Origin: Chiloscyllium plagiosum
Taxonomy: Eukaryota
Direction: 5' to 3'
NCBI RefSeq assembly: GCF_004010195.1
Contig: NC_057753.1
Span: forward strand, 754,330 to 818,329
DNA length: 64,000 bases
A program made the position numbers and the translations under genes. The notes beneath the pieces were generated by a model. That model was not told the origin of the DNA. It did no database searches and was given only the letters and a program-made list of their open reading frames with translations. Below are positions 51,520 to 64,000 of the stretch, piece after piece. Each line of letters opens with the position of its first letter. The stretch's first letter is position 1.

Positions 51520-51815
51520 AAATAAAATGATTGAAGATGTAGTGGTGTCAACTTGTTCAGTGTGCCACAACACACTGCAGTACACCAGAACTGCAAAAAG
51601 AGGAAGAAGAACACATATACAATGTATTCGCCAAAAACGGATATCCGCACAATTTCATCAATGCCTAAGGGAAAGACAACGGAATGAGGCCATGCCGCAA
51701 CCCAAAGGACTAGCCACATCAAGAGCATTTCCGAACTGACAGCCAGACGACTGCGAACAAATTGTGTTGCAGACGAAACGTCTGCAACACAAATTCCCAG
51801 CTTGGCGAACAAAAC
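51520..51815 (+). mobile_element. Penelope-like RT C-terminal fragment
   Basis: One frame reads ATTHCSTPELQKEEEEHIYNVFAKNGYPHNFI, typical of the Penelope RT thumb region. Confidence 0.75.
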
Positions 51816-53369
51816 CACAACAGTAATAGGGGATTGAACGCACTGCCTTCAAGAATAGCAGACTCGCGAACTTAATGGCACTTAAATGGTCATTGGCTAG
51901 GCATATGGACGAGAATTGAATGATGTCGGTTAGATATACTTCAGATTGATTTCACAGGTCGGTGCTACATCGAGGGCCGATGGACTGTACTGCACTGTAA
52001 TGTTCTATGTTCTGTGTTCTTTGTGGTATCTGGTTCTGCAGTGGCTGTTTCGCTGCATAGGAGACAGATCGTGATGTATACTGTTCAGCTAGTCTGTATT
52101 GGTGGGGGTGTCAGTAACTAGAGCAGATTCCTCAGGTCATGTAACGGGCTATCTATCCATGTCGGAAACTACCTTTGAATTGAAGAATGATGCTGCTACT
52201 AACATAGAATCTGTACATGTACAATCTTGCGTAACATGATGACAATACAAACGGCTAAGCTTTTTAATGTGGTATCTGTTCATGCTAAAAAAAATCATTT
52301 ATTCTGGGTTCTGTGACATTACATGTTGGTTAGTTGGTGAAATGTGTAAGCCACCATTCTACATCAGTTATTTGAAACATATCTTTTGGATAGACAGAAC
52401 TGAAATAAAGTTTGGGAATTGCCTTCTATCTACTTCTCAATTTCGCAGTCGAGATCCACTGTGCCAAAATATCTGCTTGCCATCTTAACCCGACATTTTC
52501 ATTTTTCTCTCCTCGGTAACTCGATACCAACTTACCCAACTCCACTGAAGTCTTGTTATCAATTGCATATGAGTAAGTACAACTGATTTTCTTCTGGGAT
52601 GAGATGAATGCCAGTTGCAGCTGTTGCTGACAGCACACAGCAGATCAGTTCAAACCGAAATGGCATTGATAGACTAAAACCCTGGACGTGAGCTTTGAAT
52701 GCATTCTGTGAAACAGTTTATTCTGTGACAAGTACGAAAATTCTGCGACCATGATTGTTTTTGATGAAATGTCCAACTGCCTGAATACATTATAAGCACT
52801 AATTTCTTCGCATCAATTATACTGGTGTGAATTCAAGATTTCTTGAAGACAGACATTATATTGTCATTAATTAAGATTTCATTAATTTGAAGAAAACATA
52901 GCGTCAGTGGAAATGGAATACATAAACTATCATTCTATTGTTGGACGATTATTTCAAGTGATGTATTGTAAGGAACAATATTTGTGCACTCGTTATTCCT
53001 AAGCTGCATCAATGATTATGAGGACACCATGCAAGATTTCCAGCATTGTCAACGGCAATTAACTACGTGGGTCGTGATAAGAAAGCAAGGAGGCTCCAAA
53101 CTGATATGGACAGTCTGATGCCTGGGCAAGAAGAGATCAGATGGATTATTTTGTAGATTAAGTACAAGTTTATCCTCTTTGGCATAACGGCCTTCAATGA
53201 GAAGTATTTCTGAAAAGCCAGGAGAATGGGAAATGTTAATGCTAAAAGGGAATTGTGAGTCTGACGACATTAGTTATTGAAATCTAACAAATGCAAGAAA
53301 GAGATGGAATGCTAAGAGGGTTGGTTTAAAGACAACAAGCACACTATCGAAGTCAATAAAACGAAAGAC

Positions 53370-54097
53370 TCGAGCATTGCCTTGTGGAAGTGAAGCTGAC
53401 GGCATGCCCTTGTCTGCATCAATAGTGCTGAGATGGGGTTCATCCACAGTGTCAAGGTTCTGGAAGTGATTACGACAAACAACCTGTCTGGTCTACCCAT
53501 GTCGCATCAATGTTCAAGGAAACAAAAGAGCATTTCTACTTCCTCAGTAGGCTGAAGGAAATTTGATATGTCCACAAGCACTCTTATCAATTTTCACAGA
53601 TGCACCATAGACAGCCTTCTCTGTGTCTGCATCATAGTGCGATTAGGCAACAGCTTTTCCCATGACCACAAGAAACTACAAGAGTCATGAACACAGCCCC
53701 GTCCATAACATAATCAAGCCTTCCAGCATTTGAAGACGTATTGATTTTCCATTGTCTTGGGAAACCAACTAATTGAATGAAAGACCGCTTTCACTCCTGC
53801 TATGTTTTCCTCCAACCTCTTCTCTCAGACAGAAGACATAAAAGCTTGTGCACATGAGCAAATAGATTCAAGAATAGCTTCTTCCCTGCTGCTATTAGAT
53901 TCCTGAATGGAACTCTCAAATATTATATTTCATGTTGATCTCACTCTGTGCCCCTTATCTGCAGCTGTAACGTTTTATATTCGCTCTGTCATAGGACCCT
54001 TATACTTTGTTTGGTATGATCTGCCTGCACTGCACTAAAAACAAAACATTTCACTGTACCTAGATATGTATCAATAATAATTCCAATCAAATCAAAT
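53370..54097 (+). mobile_element. Rex1/Babar- or L2-type LINE 3' end
   Basis: Decayed 'LYFLRRLRKFGMS..L.NFYRCTIES' motif and an (aatca)n tail. Confidence 0.65.
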
Positions 54098-57000
54098 TTG
54101 TTAGAAAGCAATGTACAGCAACTATGTATTAAAGAGTTCAATCGCAAATAAATTTGATTGCGAATGCACGTATTGCTTCAAATTTGTAGTATTGCTAAGA
54201 TTGCACCGAGACATAGTACAAAATCTATTACCTTCACTTAAGTTAGGATGCAATTTCCTTTCAAATGAATTGTGATGGACATCCAGATGACAAATTTGTG
54301 AGATTGTCGGACCATCCCATGAACCGACTTTGAAGAGACTGCACTAATAGTATGAGCTAATCGAATAATGAGAGATCGACCGAGCATGTGCATGACAGTG
54401 TACAATTGGTGTTTGATGTTAATGACATTAGTGGCAATGTGGATGTATGGAAACATTACCCAATACTATCTCGAATGGTGAATCAGTATCAAGGGGTGGA
54501 ATGGTCTGCTCCATGCTTCCATATTCCTGTCATTACAACAGCAGCAAGCTACAGAATCGAAGATAATTAAAGCAAAAAGGACAGTAGCAAATCCACGAAA
54601 GAATTAATAAAATGATGGAAAAGGTAAGGCATACCGAAGTATGTTTTCATTGAGCTATTTCAGAGAAGAAGGTGAATAATGAAAGAGTTGGGGCGAACAG
54701 GAGTGGCCATTGTAAATGGTTCTTACAGAATTCTTTGTCTCCACTAAGGAGGGAATTAATGCAAACAGTGTAATTAAAAATGGATTCCAGTAAAATTTTA
54801 AGTTAAATAATAATGAGAATGAAAGTATTGTAGAGTCAAACCTCCTGGAAAGTGCATAAATATTTCGTGATAAAAGGAACCCAGTGAGGAAATAATAGAT
54901 GCTCAAACAATCATTTGCCAATTCTCTCGAAATGTGCGTGAGGTTGCAGAGAACTATAATTGTAAGTCTACAAGTATTCCAGCCTCGAAAATGTCTTGAT
55001 GGTAGACCAGAAAGTTAAAGGCCAGTCAGTCTGTACTCCATGGAGGGCAATTTACGATAACCAATTATTAGAGGTCAGGTGGAATGCTACTAAGAAAGAG
55101 ATGGACTAATCATGGAAAATCTGAATGAATTTGTGAAGTGAACATCGTGTGTTATGAAGTTTTGCAATTTTTCTGGTGCATTAGCATCAAGGGGACTCTT
55201 AGGATAGTATTTCGGGTAATGTCTAAATAGATATAGTGAGGCATTTGCCGACGTCCAACGTAGAAGATTTGTCAGAAAAATAAAGCCCATGAAATACAAG
55301 AGAGTGCCAAGTTTGATTACAAAATTGTGTCACCGACAGGAAGCAATGTTTAACACTGGAGAATGTGTTCCTTTGTTTTTGACCATCTCCAGTGTTGTAT
55401 GACACGACTTAGTGTTTTATCGCTTGGAATTTGAGGTGCACATTCATGATTTATAGTTTAATGTGAAAGTTTTAATTTGGATTTCGTTGATGATACAGAG
55501 GCAATGGCGTCACTTACATTAATGATAATGGCTGTCAAATGGAGCTTTATATTACTGGTTCAGTTCTGCCGGTGAAATATGAGAATTTGAATTCAGTCTG
55601 TAAGTGGGAATATATGAAGTGAAGAGGATGTCAGAAACTTTACAGTATACGTCCACCAGTCCGTGATTGCTGAAGAGCAATGGTGATGAAGTGGTTTTAA
55701 AAAAAAACATGTGTGAACCATTGAGATGTTTTCCTGCTTTTGATGAAATGTTGAACACAAAATATATGCAAAGCTCGAACTCTGAGGGTAGTTAGTTGAA
55801 TCAAATGCAGCAGTTTTGTGTCGAGTCCAAGTCACCACGTTAGTGGAAAGGCAATATTGTTCAGTATAGAGGACAACAAGTTCTATAAGAATGATGTGAG
55901 AAATTTTAAGTGAATGTACCATCGTTGTTTTCCTTCCAAGACAGGCGGCAGAGTTCTAACTAAATTGAACAGTATAAAATAATGAGGGGTTTATATAGTA
56001 TGGTCAGCGGAGTCATGTTATTATTGCGGGGAAGCCACGTGGAAATACATTAATGTATTATAGACAAGGAAAGTAATGTTTTTTACAGTCACATTCTGTA
56101 ATTAAAGCAAAGTAACTGATCGTCTTTTAAACAGAGGGTACCTCTAAGGACGATATGGGAAGTAAAGGAGAGAAAAGCATTTCCACCCGATGCTGGCGGC
56201 TGTCTGGGATTTGCTTCCTGGTTTGATGGTTGAGACAGAAATCCCCAAGTTATTTGGAAGCCGTTTGGATGTGAAACTGATATGCTGTATCCTTCATTAA
56301 TGTTGTATGTATCGATAGTTCTGCAAAGTTTCATTCATAACGTGATCGCTAAATCGATCTCGTCAAACCTGTCAATGGAACTTTGTTAGCGGGGGCTGTT
56401 TTGAACTTAGAATGACTGATTTTTGATCAAGTTATCAGTCAGTTGGAGAAATGCGTATTAATTACAGAAATAAAGCCATGATTCAAAACAGGAAAAAAGG
56501 TGTTTGAATAAATGATTGGTATTTTGACGAGGTAGCAAAGTGTTATATTGTTGAAATGCTGACATGAAATTGCAAGAGGAAGGGATTCAATACTTTTCTA
56601 CAATTGTAAAGTCACAGAATACAAAGACAATTGCAAAGATGACAGGAAGTCATGTAATTGCCAAATGAGATGGAGTATCTATGTACTTCCGAAATGAGAA
56701 AACATACCTGTACTGAACAGGCCACTGGTTAAATCTTTCTATGAAAATTGGCATTCTCTTCCCCATCTCTAATCGTTGCCTCTTTCACGTAATCTTTAAT
56801 ACCTAATTAGTATCTGATTCCACTTTATGCCTACGACTATTCTGCACAGAGCGATGTCAAGTGTAATTATTTTAGATGGATTTTCTTTAATTGTTGTTGG
56901 TATCAAGAGGCAAGATATTAGTTGGGAGTCACCAGATGCTGTTGTCATCCTCACTTTTTTCTCCGAACGTAAAAATCACAATTGTATGGGATATTAATAC

Positions 57001-57184
57001 ATTTTACAGATCCATAGATGCACAGATTCGTAACAGCACAGAAAAGACCCTTTGCTCCATCGTGTCTGCTCCAACATGCACTAAACGTGCACTAATTGCA
57101 ATTTACTGCACCTGTCCCATATCCTTGAATATTGTGATATTTGAAGTACTTTTCCATTTCTTCCACGTTTACAAGGTTTCCAGC

Positions 57185-58790
57185 CAACATGAGAAGTTGT
57201 TGGCTGTTAGGAACAAGGGAAACGTGAAGACCTTCTACAGATATATCAGGAATGCAAGAATGACTGGAGTAAGATTAGGGCAATCAAAGATGGCTTTGGT
57301 AAGTTGTGTGTGGAATCTGAGGACATAACTGAAGCGCTTAATGGATACTTTTCGTCAGTTTTCACTTTGGAAAAGGGAAATATTTGTGAGAATACAGAGA
57401 TACAGACTACAGGAATTGATGGGATTAGCAATTTTGGAAGATCTGAAAATAGTTAAGACCCCTTGGGCTAGATGGGATTCATCCTCGAATTCTCGGCGAT
57501 GCCAGTGAACAGATTGCAGAGCCCTTTGCTTCGATCATTATGTCACCATTCCCAACAGGAGTCGTGCCAGAAAACTGGATGATACCAAATGTTGTTCCCT
57601 TGTTGAAGAAGGAGAGTCGGGGCAACCCTGATAATTATAGGCCAGTGAGCCTTACAGTGGGTTATAAGAGATACGATTTATGATCATCTGGAAAGGAATG
57701 ATTTGATTAGAGATAGTCAACACGGTATTGTGAAGTGTGGGTCGTGTCTCACTAACCTTATTGAGCTCTTCGAGAAGGTGACAAAGCAGGTGGATGAAGG
57801 TCAGTCGGTTGATGTGGCGTATTTGGACTTCAGTAAGGCGATTGATAGGATTCCACGTGGTAGTCTACTGTACAAAATATGGAGTTTCGGATTGAAGGCG
57901 ATTTAGCGGTTTGGATCAGAAATTGGCTTGCTGAAAGAAGATAGCAGATGGTGCTCGATGACAAATGTTCATCCTGTTGCTTGGTTACCAGTGGCGTGCC
58001 ACAAGGATCTGATATGGGGGCACTGCTGTTTGTCATTTTTATAAATGATCTGGATGTGGGTGTTAAAGGATGAGTTAGTAAATTTGTGGATGACACTAAG
58101 ATAGGAAGAGTTCTGGTTAGTGCCAAAGGATGCTGTGGTCTACAGAGGGACAAAGTTCAGACGCAGAGCTGGGCTGAGAAGTGGGAAATGGAGATTAATG
58201 TGGAAAAAGTGTGAGGTGGCTCACTTCAAAGAAGTAACGGGTACGCAGAGTACTGGGCTTGAGGTAAAATTCTTGGGAGTGTAGATGAACAGACCGATCT
58301 CAGTGTCCAGGTGCATAAATCCCTGAAAAATGCCACCCAGTTTGATAGGGTTGTTAAGAAGGCATATGGTGTGTTGGCGTTTATTGGTAGGGAGATTGGT
58401 TTTCATAGCCACGAGATCATGCTTCAGCTATCCAAGATACTGGTAAGGCCGAATCTGGAGTATTGCCTGCAGTTCTGGTCACCGCACTATCAGAAGGATG
58501 TGGAAGCTTTGCATAAGGGTTCAGAGGACATTTACTAGGATGTTGCCAGGTATGGAAGGAAGGGCCTTTTGAAGAAAGGCTGAGGGAACTGAGGCTGTTA
58601 CCGTGGGAGAGAAGAAAGTTGAGAGTTGACCTTATCAAAATATATAAGATAAGAAGATGGTAAGATAGGATGGGCAGTGATAGCCTTTTTCCTCGGATGG
58701 TGACGGCTAACATGAGGGAACTGAGGGCTGCAACATTGAGGCCAGAAGGGTCTGCACTGCGCTGTGAAGTTCTATGTTCTATGTTCTATG
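57185..58790 (+). mobile_element. CR1-like LINE RT fragment with (ttctatg)n tail
   Basis: IRDSQHGIVKCGSCLTNLIELFE..VDVAYLDFSKA; LVRPNLEYCLQFWSP; tail gttctatgttctatgttctatg. Confidence 0.88.
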
Positions 58791-58829
58791 TTACCTTCCC
58801 AAGCTGTGCATTTCAAATTCTCTAGACGT

Positions 58830-59750
58830 GTTGAATGACAAGGTTCTTTTTTGCTAAATTTACTCTGCACCTCCTGCCCTTTCCTGTGAAATTATTCACT
58901 GTCGTGATTCACTGCTCAACCAAGGGGGGGGTTGGGTCTGAGGGCGGAGATGCGGGATTGACAAAGTCCAATCATTACCCCTTATGTCTTCTCTGTTTTA
59001 AAGATAACAATCCAAACCTATCTAGTGTCGTAACACAGCTCAATTTCTCCATCCCAGGCAAAGTCCTGGTGAACCTTCCCTCTCTCCCCTCTGATCCTAT
59101 CACATCCTTCCTGCCATGACAAGACCAGAACTGCACACCGTACTTCAAATCTGGCCTGACTGACGCTTTGTTCAAGTCCAGCATTATTTCTTTATACTCT
59201 ATGCCACGACAGATGAAAACAAGTGTTCCATAACACTACTTCATCCTGTTTCTTCTGCCAAAGTGCATTATCTCGCACTTAACAGGGTTAATTAGCAAAT
59301 GTTTTAGGTCTCCAATAACCAATAGGATCTTTACTATTTACCATTCTTACAAATATGGCGTCTTCTGCAAGTTTGCTTCATATTCCACCTACCCCCACAT
59401 TCTTATCTTTTTTTTGTGTATCTAATGAACAGTAAGGGTCCGTAAGCTGCTCCTAGCGGTGCACCGTTGAACAGAAGGCTCCAATGATCCAAACAGCCTT
59501 CTCTCATTGTCTTTGGGTTCTATTACAGAGCCAGTTTCTGCTCTGGTGTGAAAGCTTTCACTCAGATCCATGTGCTTTAACTGTCTCAATCAATGTACAG
59601 TATGAGGTTTTTCAAAGGCTTTGCTGCAATCCATATATAAACTACATCAACTGATATCCTGTTGTCCACACATTTTATTGAACTTTCAAAAAGTTCCAAC
59701 AAACTTATTAGGCATGACTTCCCTCTGGGAAAGCCATGTTTACTATTGTC
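58830..59750 (-). mobile_element. CR1-like LINE fragment
   Basis: VRPDLKYGVQFWS..FTRTLPGM (58975-59184 -). Confidence 0.7.
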
Positions 59751-59897
59751 TGCTCTCTATTGCCTGTTCTCACAACTGTGTAGTCTAATCTGTCATGGAA
59801 ATCCCATGATAGAACACGGATTCCTTTATTGAAGTTTACTCAGTCTGACGATGAATGTATCAGATATCGCTTGATTGCCAGCGCCTTGATATTACAG

Positions 59898-60105
59898 AAA
59901 ATTTACCAGGTTTTTTTGTCGATGTGACTAACTTTACAAAAAAAAATCTTCACGAATTGCAAGTATCCCTGAAATAATAGAGTACCCAGTAGACTATGGC
60001 ATCGAAGGAAACGATAGAGAAATTTTCGATGGAGATGCCATTATGACGTTTGTCGTCCTGTCTATTCTGAGTACGCTGTACAGCACATTTGTAACTGTGC
60101 TTAAG
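59898..60105 (+). pseudogene. IgNAR: IgNAR TM1 exon (extracellular spacer + transmembrane helix)
   Basis: The 3' part reads SRIASIPEIIEYPVDYGIEGNDREIFDGDAIMTFVVLSILSTLYSTFVTVLK|gtaat, with an acidic spacer and an Ig-type CART/YST motif. The acceptor attacag|59898 is inferred; the frame from it (ENLPGFFVDVTNFTKK) is broken at an A9 run (59938-59946). Confidence 0.85.
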
Positions 60106-63100
60106 GTAATAACACATTTTAATAGCCGTGTTGCATTCGGCTTTTAGAGATGAAAATTATGCTAATCTGCACATAATAATGCAGAGATATTACTCAAAAA
60201 AAGTAATCCTCTACAAAAGAATCCGTTGATCTTGAGTGATTAATTGCCATCTTGAATAAACGTCCTGATGGGATGATTTCACAGAGAAATGCAGGCACAC
60301 TTTAAAAAAATGCGGGATTAAGCAACCAAAATTTGTCAGTCATGAAATAGCGCTTAATTCGTAGTGTCAGCTCATAATTGGGTAGAATATCGTTTTCTAA
60401 AAAAAGAGGTAGTTCATACTTGTTGGAAATAGGCTAGACATGCTGAAATATATTGAGACCCGAGAATTTAAAGTTAAAAAAATAATAGATGGACAGAAGT
60501 TCTGCACAAATAGTTTCAAATAGTTCTGCATTTCCGTGAAGAAATGAGATAAATATTAGCTAATGAAGGATCAGTGACTGATTAAAGTGAAAATATAGGA
60601 AAATAATAAGTATGAGAGGCGTCTTTACTTGTAATATGCAGGATTCTTCCAGATCTTTATAGGATAAATGCAGAAATAATATTTAAAAATCACTCAACAT
60701 CAGATTCTAGTCCACTAGTTGCATTTGTAACCACAAGTTTTCAGAGCGCTGCTCCTTTGAAGTGTGATTTTCAGCTTTATCCACCCCAGTCCAATACCAA
60801 ATCCTCGACATCAAGCAGAAAGATTGTTTGACTTGGTGGTGGATTAATACAGTCACAGAATGCACAAACGGAATTTTTACGGAGTTGTGCTGACCTAACT
60901 ATTCTAATTCCACATTCCAGCATTTGAGCTGAATGTTATAATTTTTGAAGATATACCCTCGAACTCTGGAAGCCCCACCCCAGGGAAAAGACGTTGTCTA
61001 TTCATAATAGCCATGCTCCTCATGATTTTATAAAAATCATGAGGAGACGCCTCTCATACTTAAATCTATGAGGCCAACCCTCAGCCTCCAGCGCTCAGGA
61101 GAAAAAAGCCCAGTCTATTCTGTCTCGCCCCAGAGGTCATGTTCTACAACCCTGAAAACATCCTTATAAAGCGTTTCTGCATCGTTTAAAGTTTTACAAC
61201 ATCCTCCTGATAGGAAGTAGACCAGAAATTTGAGCTGAATGTTATAATTTTTGAAGTGCTCATCCAAGTAAACATTTAAATATTATAACGTATTTTCTCA
61301 CATCTAGTACTCTACGAGGCATTGCCCTGCAGATGCCCACTACCGTCTGGCTGAACAAATACTTCATAAAATTCATTCTAATACACCTATCCTTCATTTT
61401 CAATTATGTTCCTTCCTTACTGAACACCTAACTTAATAAAACAACAGTCTCCCATCTACTCTGTCCATGCTGCTTATTGTCATATATATAAATATATATA
61501 TATATATAATCACGTTCCTCTATCAGTTTTCTCTGTTGCAAAGAAAAGAACCTGGATGTACAAAGCATCTGTTAATATTTAGAGGTCTCCAGCGCTTAAT
61601 CTTCTACAAACTTCGTTCAGTTGAAAACAATCATTGGTGTAGTTTTGTAAACAAAATTACTCGCAGTAATCCAGCTAATCAAAGTTTTGCATAGCTCCAA
61701 CATAACCGCCCTGATCTCACATCTCGAAAATATATCCAGATAAATACAAGGGTACAGAATGCCTTCTTAAAAAAAGGCACTCGACATCCACACAATTTTG
61801 AGGACGAGCCTTCAAACTCTACAGCATCCTTTATAAGACGAAATGGATCATCACATCACTTCCTATTATGTTAGCACTAATTAATGCTATTACCACTCAT
61901 ACTTCTGTAATCTGTGACCATCATCATCAATATCACCATTAGATAATGATCATTGAGTTACCAGTTCAATACAAAGGTTTGATGCGTCTCAAGAGTTATC
62001 CTGTTTCACTGCATTTCTCTCAGAAATTTCAGCCACCTTGTGTCATTCACCTTAATAGAAATCCACCATGATCACTGCAACCATCCAAAATCCATTTGAT
62101 GTTTGAATGCACGACATTGTTCAAGTGACTCTGTGTTATGCAGAATCTACCACCAATTTATCCTTCTTGCCGTATGTCCTCTGCAGCCAAACACAAAGTT
62201 AAGAATTCGGTGTCACTATAACAGGATGCCCCGCTCATTGTGTCCTGCACACAGCCTTGAATTATGAATCTGTAATCTATTAATCAAAAACAAACAAATA
62301 CAGAAATTCTGAAGAAAGTTCACTGCACCTGCAGCATTGAATCTGGATTCACTGTACAGATGCTGCCGGACCCACTGAGGTTTTCCATCAATTTCTAAAT
62401 TTGTTTTTGATTTCCACTATCTATAGATCTTTAGCTTTTTGATTAATGAAAATGCTTTGTCTGAGAAAAGAAATCCTGCATGACAATTGGTTGCTTTGCA
62501 AGTAGGTGAAAGCCTCATTACACGGGACACACGATTGAAATAGAGAAGAAGATTCATAGAATCTTTTTGAGATTTTCAAGGAGTAGTCAAGCGCCTTATT
62601 ATAATTTTATGTTTTAATCTCTTGTGCTTAAATATCACACGCAGACATATAGTGCCGTCAGTTCATTCTTTCAGCTTTGCTCGAACATTGAATACTGTTT
62701 CTCCTGGAATTTCCCACTCTAACTTTATTAACTTGATTCTCAGCAGTTTGCCGATATATGCTGCAGAGTGCACTTTAACATTTTGTCCTTAACTGGCCTC
62801 TGAAACATGTAATTGCCCCAGCATTGCTGCACCAGTGATCAATTTGTCAACTGCAAGCTCGGTTTTCAGTGAGGCCATTCCAAGTTGCAGGCAGGATGAT
62901 GGTGTCGAGTGAAAATTAATTCAATTCATTTATTAACAGGAACTCAGAATTTGCTGATGTTTTGTAGTCAAATTTGAACTGTCTTCGCCAAATGTAAACA
63001 ACCTTACATTTGCCCACACGGGCCGTGATCCGCCTTTGTTTCCTTGTATTCGTTTGATTTGGTAAATTGCCAGAGAATTTCTGTGCGCAGTACTTGCTAT

Positions 63101-63377
63101 GCTACTGAACTTAATGTTCTCTACAAAACATGAATCTACGCTCCACTTGTTTTTTGTCCAAGTCCAAATTTCTTTTTGTCCGTTGCATACTTGAAGAAAT
63201 ATCTAGCCAGAGTTGAGGTTAACTGGGCATGGATTTTTGTCAATCCTTTCCAGATCATAAAACAAACCATTCGATTTCATAACGTTAGTCTGCGATTTGC
63301 CTTTTGTGTATGCTTTAGAATATTACATGTTTTTACACATTTTCTTCTCGTAATTATTGGGTTTTTGCTCTCTGCAG

Positions 63378-63386
63378 GTGAACTGA
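63378..63386 (+). pseudogene. IgNAR: IgNAR TM2 exon (cytoplasmic VN-stop)
   Basis: Strong pyrimidine tract gtttttgctctctgcag|GTG AAC TGA, in phase 0 with TM1, giving a KVN* tail. ATTAAA at 63620-63625 is a candidate poly(A) signal. Confidence 0.8.
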
Positions 63387-64000
63387 CCACCACTGCTGAA
63401 AACAATTACTTCTGATTTCATTGAAAGCTTGTGTGTAAACCTCCATCAGATGCTGATTACAAATGGCATTGAATTGATTTTTGCTCTCAATCATATCGAC
63501 CGTTCTATAGCATCGCTTCAACGTGTATTCGGATGTGATCGCAAGTCAGGAATGAGAACTATTTGCATATTTTTGGTCCATAACGTTTACCTTCACGCTT
63601 TATTTTTTTAAGCATTGTTATTAAAGAAATTTCGTGCAATTGCTACAAGCTGAGGAAATCACTCATCCCCAATTAAATAAGCTGAAGACGAATCTTTGAA
63701 AGTTGCCAAATGTCGTCAAAATTTTGAAAAAAAATGGAAGTGTATTTTATGTTCCTCACCTATTAGAGATGTGTTCAATACATCTTTGAGAAAGGTAACC
63801 AGAGAAACCTTACAAACATTCTTCATGAAAAACAGTTAGAATCACATCTATCTGTAATGAATTGGAATCTCTATTCAGTAATGAATTAATTAATTATTGA
63901 AGAATAATTAGCAGATCTTGATACCTTGGCAGTGGAAATTGCTACCCAAGATCCACAAACCTGACTACCCTGGCTGCTCCATCATCTCAGTCTGCTCCTG

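Larger units (their letters stand above)
43467..63386 (+). pseudogene. IgNAR: IgNAR heavy-chain constant-region locus (C1-C5, secretory tail, TM1, TM2), pseudogenised
   Basis: Seven exons in the canonical order, with phase-1 junctions between the C exons. Translations closely match the shark IgNAR constant domains as recalled. Multiple in-frame stops, frameshifts and a lost acceptor. Confidence 0.95.

Noticed and set aside
1-64000. CRISPR arrays, rRNA or prokaryotic operons
   Set aside because: None seen; the sequence is vertebrate intronic/intergenic DNA, and most listed ORFs are transposon debris or chance.

Overview
AT-rich, repeat-dense cartilaginous-fish genomic DNA. The repeat families and gene content point to a shark, probably a carpet shark such as Chiloscyllium or Hemiscyllium (inference). 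The only confidently identifiable gene is a + strand IgNAR (heavy-chain-only shark antibody) constant-region locus at 43.5-63.6 kb, with C1, C2, C3, C4, C5 plus secretory tail, TM1 and TM2 exons. It is a pseudogene: C1, C2, C3 and C5 carry stops or frameshifts, C2 has lost its acceptor, TM1 appears frameshifted, and only C4 is intact. I could not find a recognisable VNAR, D, J or canonical RSS in the 43 kb upstream. That region holds CR1, L1/Tx1, Penelope, SINE and LTR debris. It also holds several weakly supported, decayed + strand IgSF-receptor-like exon remnants: a VJ-type domain, TM-like exons and a tail with an ITSM-like motif. Notable oddities are an IgNAR-leader-like peptide abutting the truncated C2, palindromic Penelope-derived elements carrying hammerhead-ribozyme cores, an L1 whose endonuclease region is replaced by a Penelope fragment, and a 340-bp tandem duplication. 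All protein comparisons are from memory of family consensus; no database search was run. Repeat boundaries are approximate.
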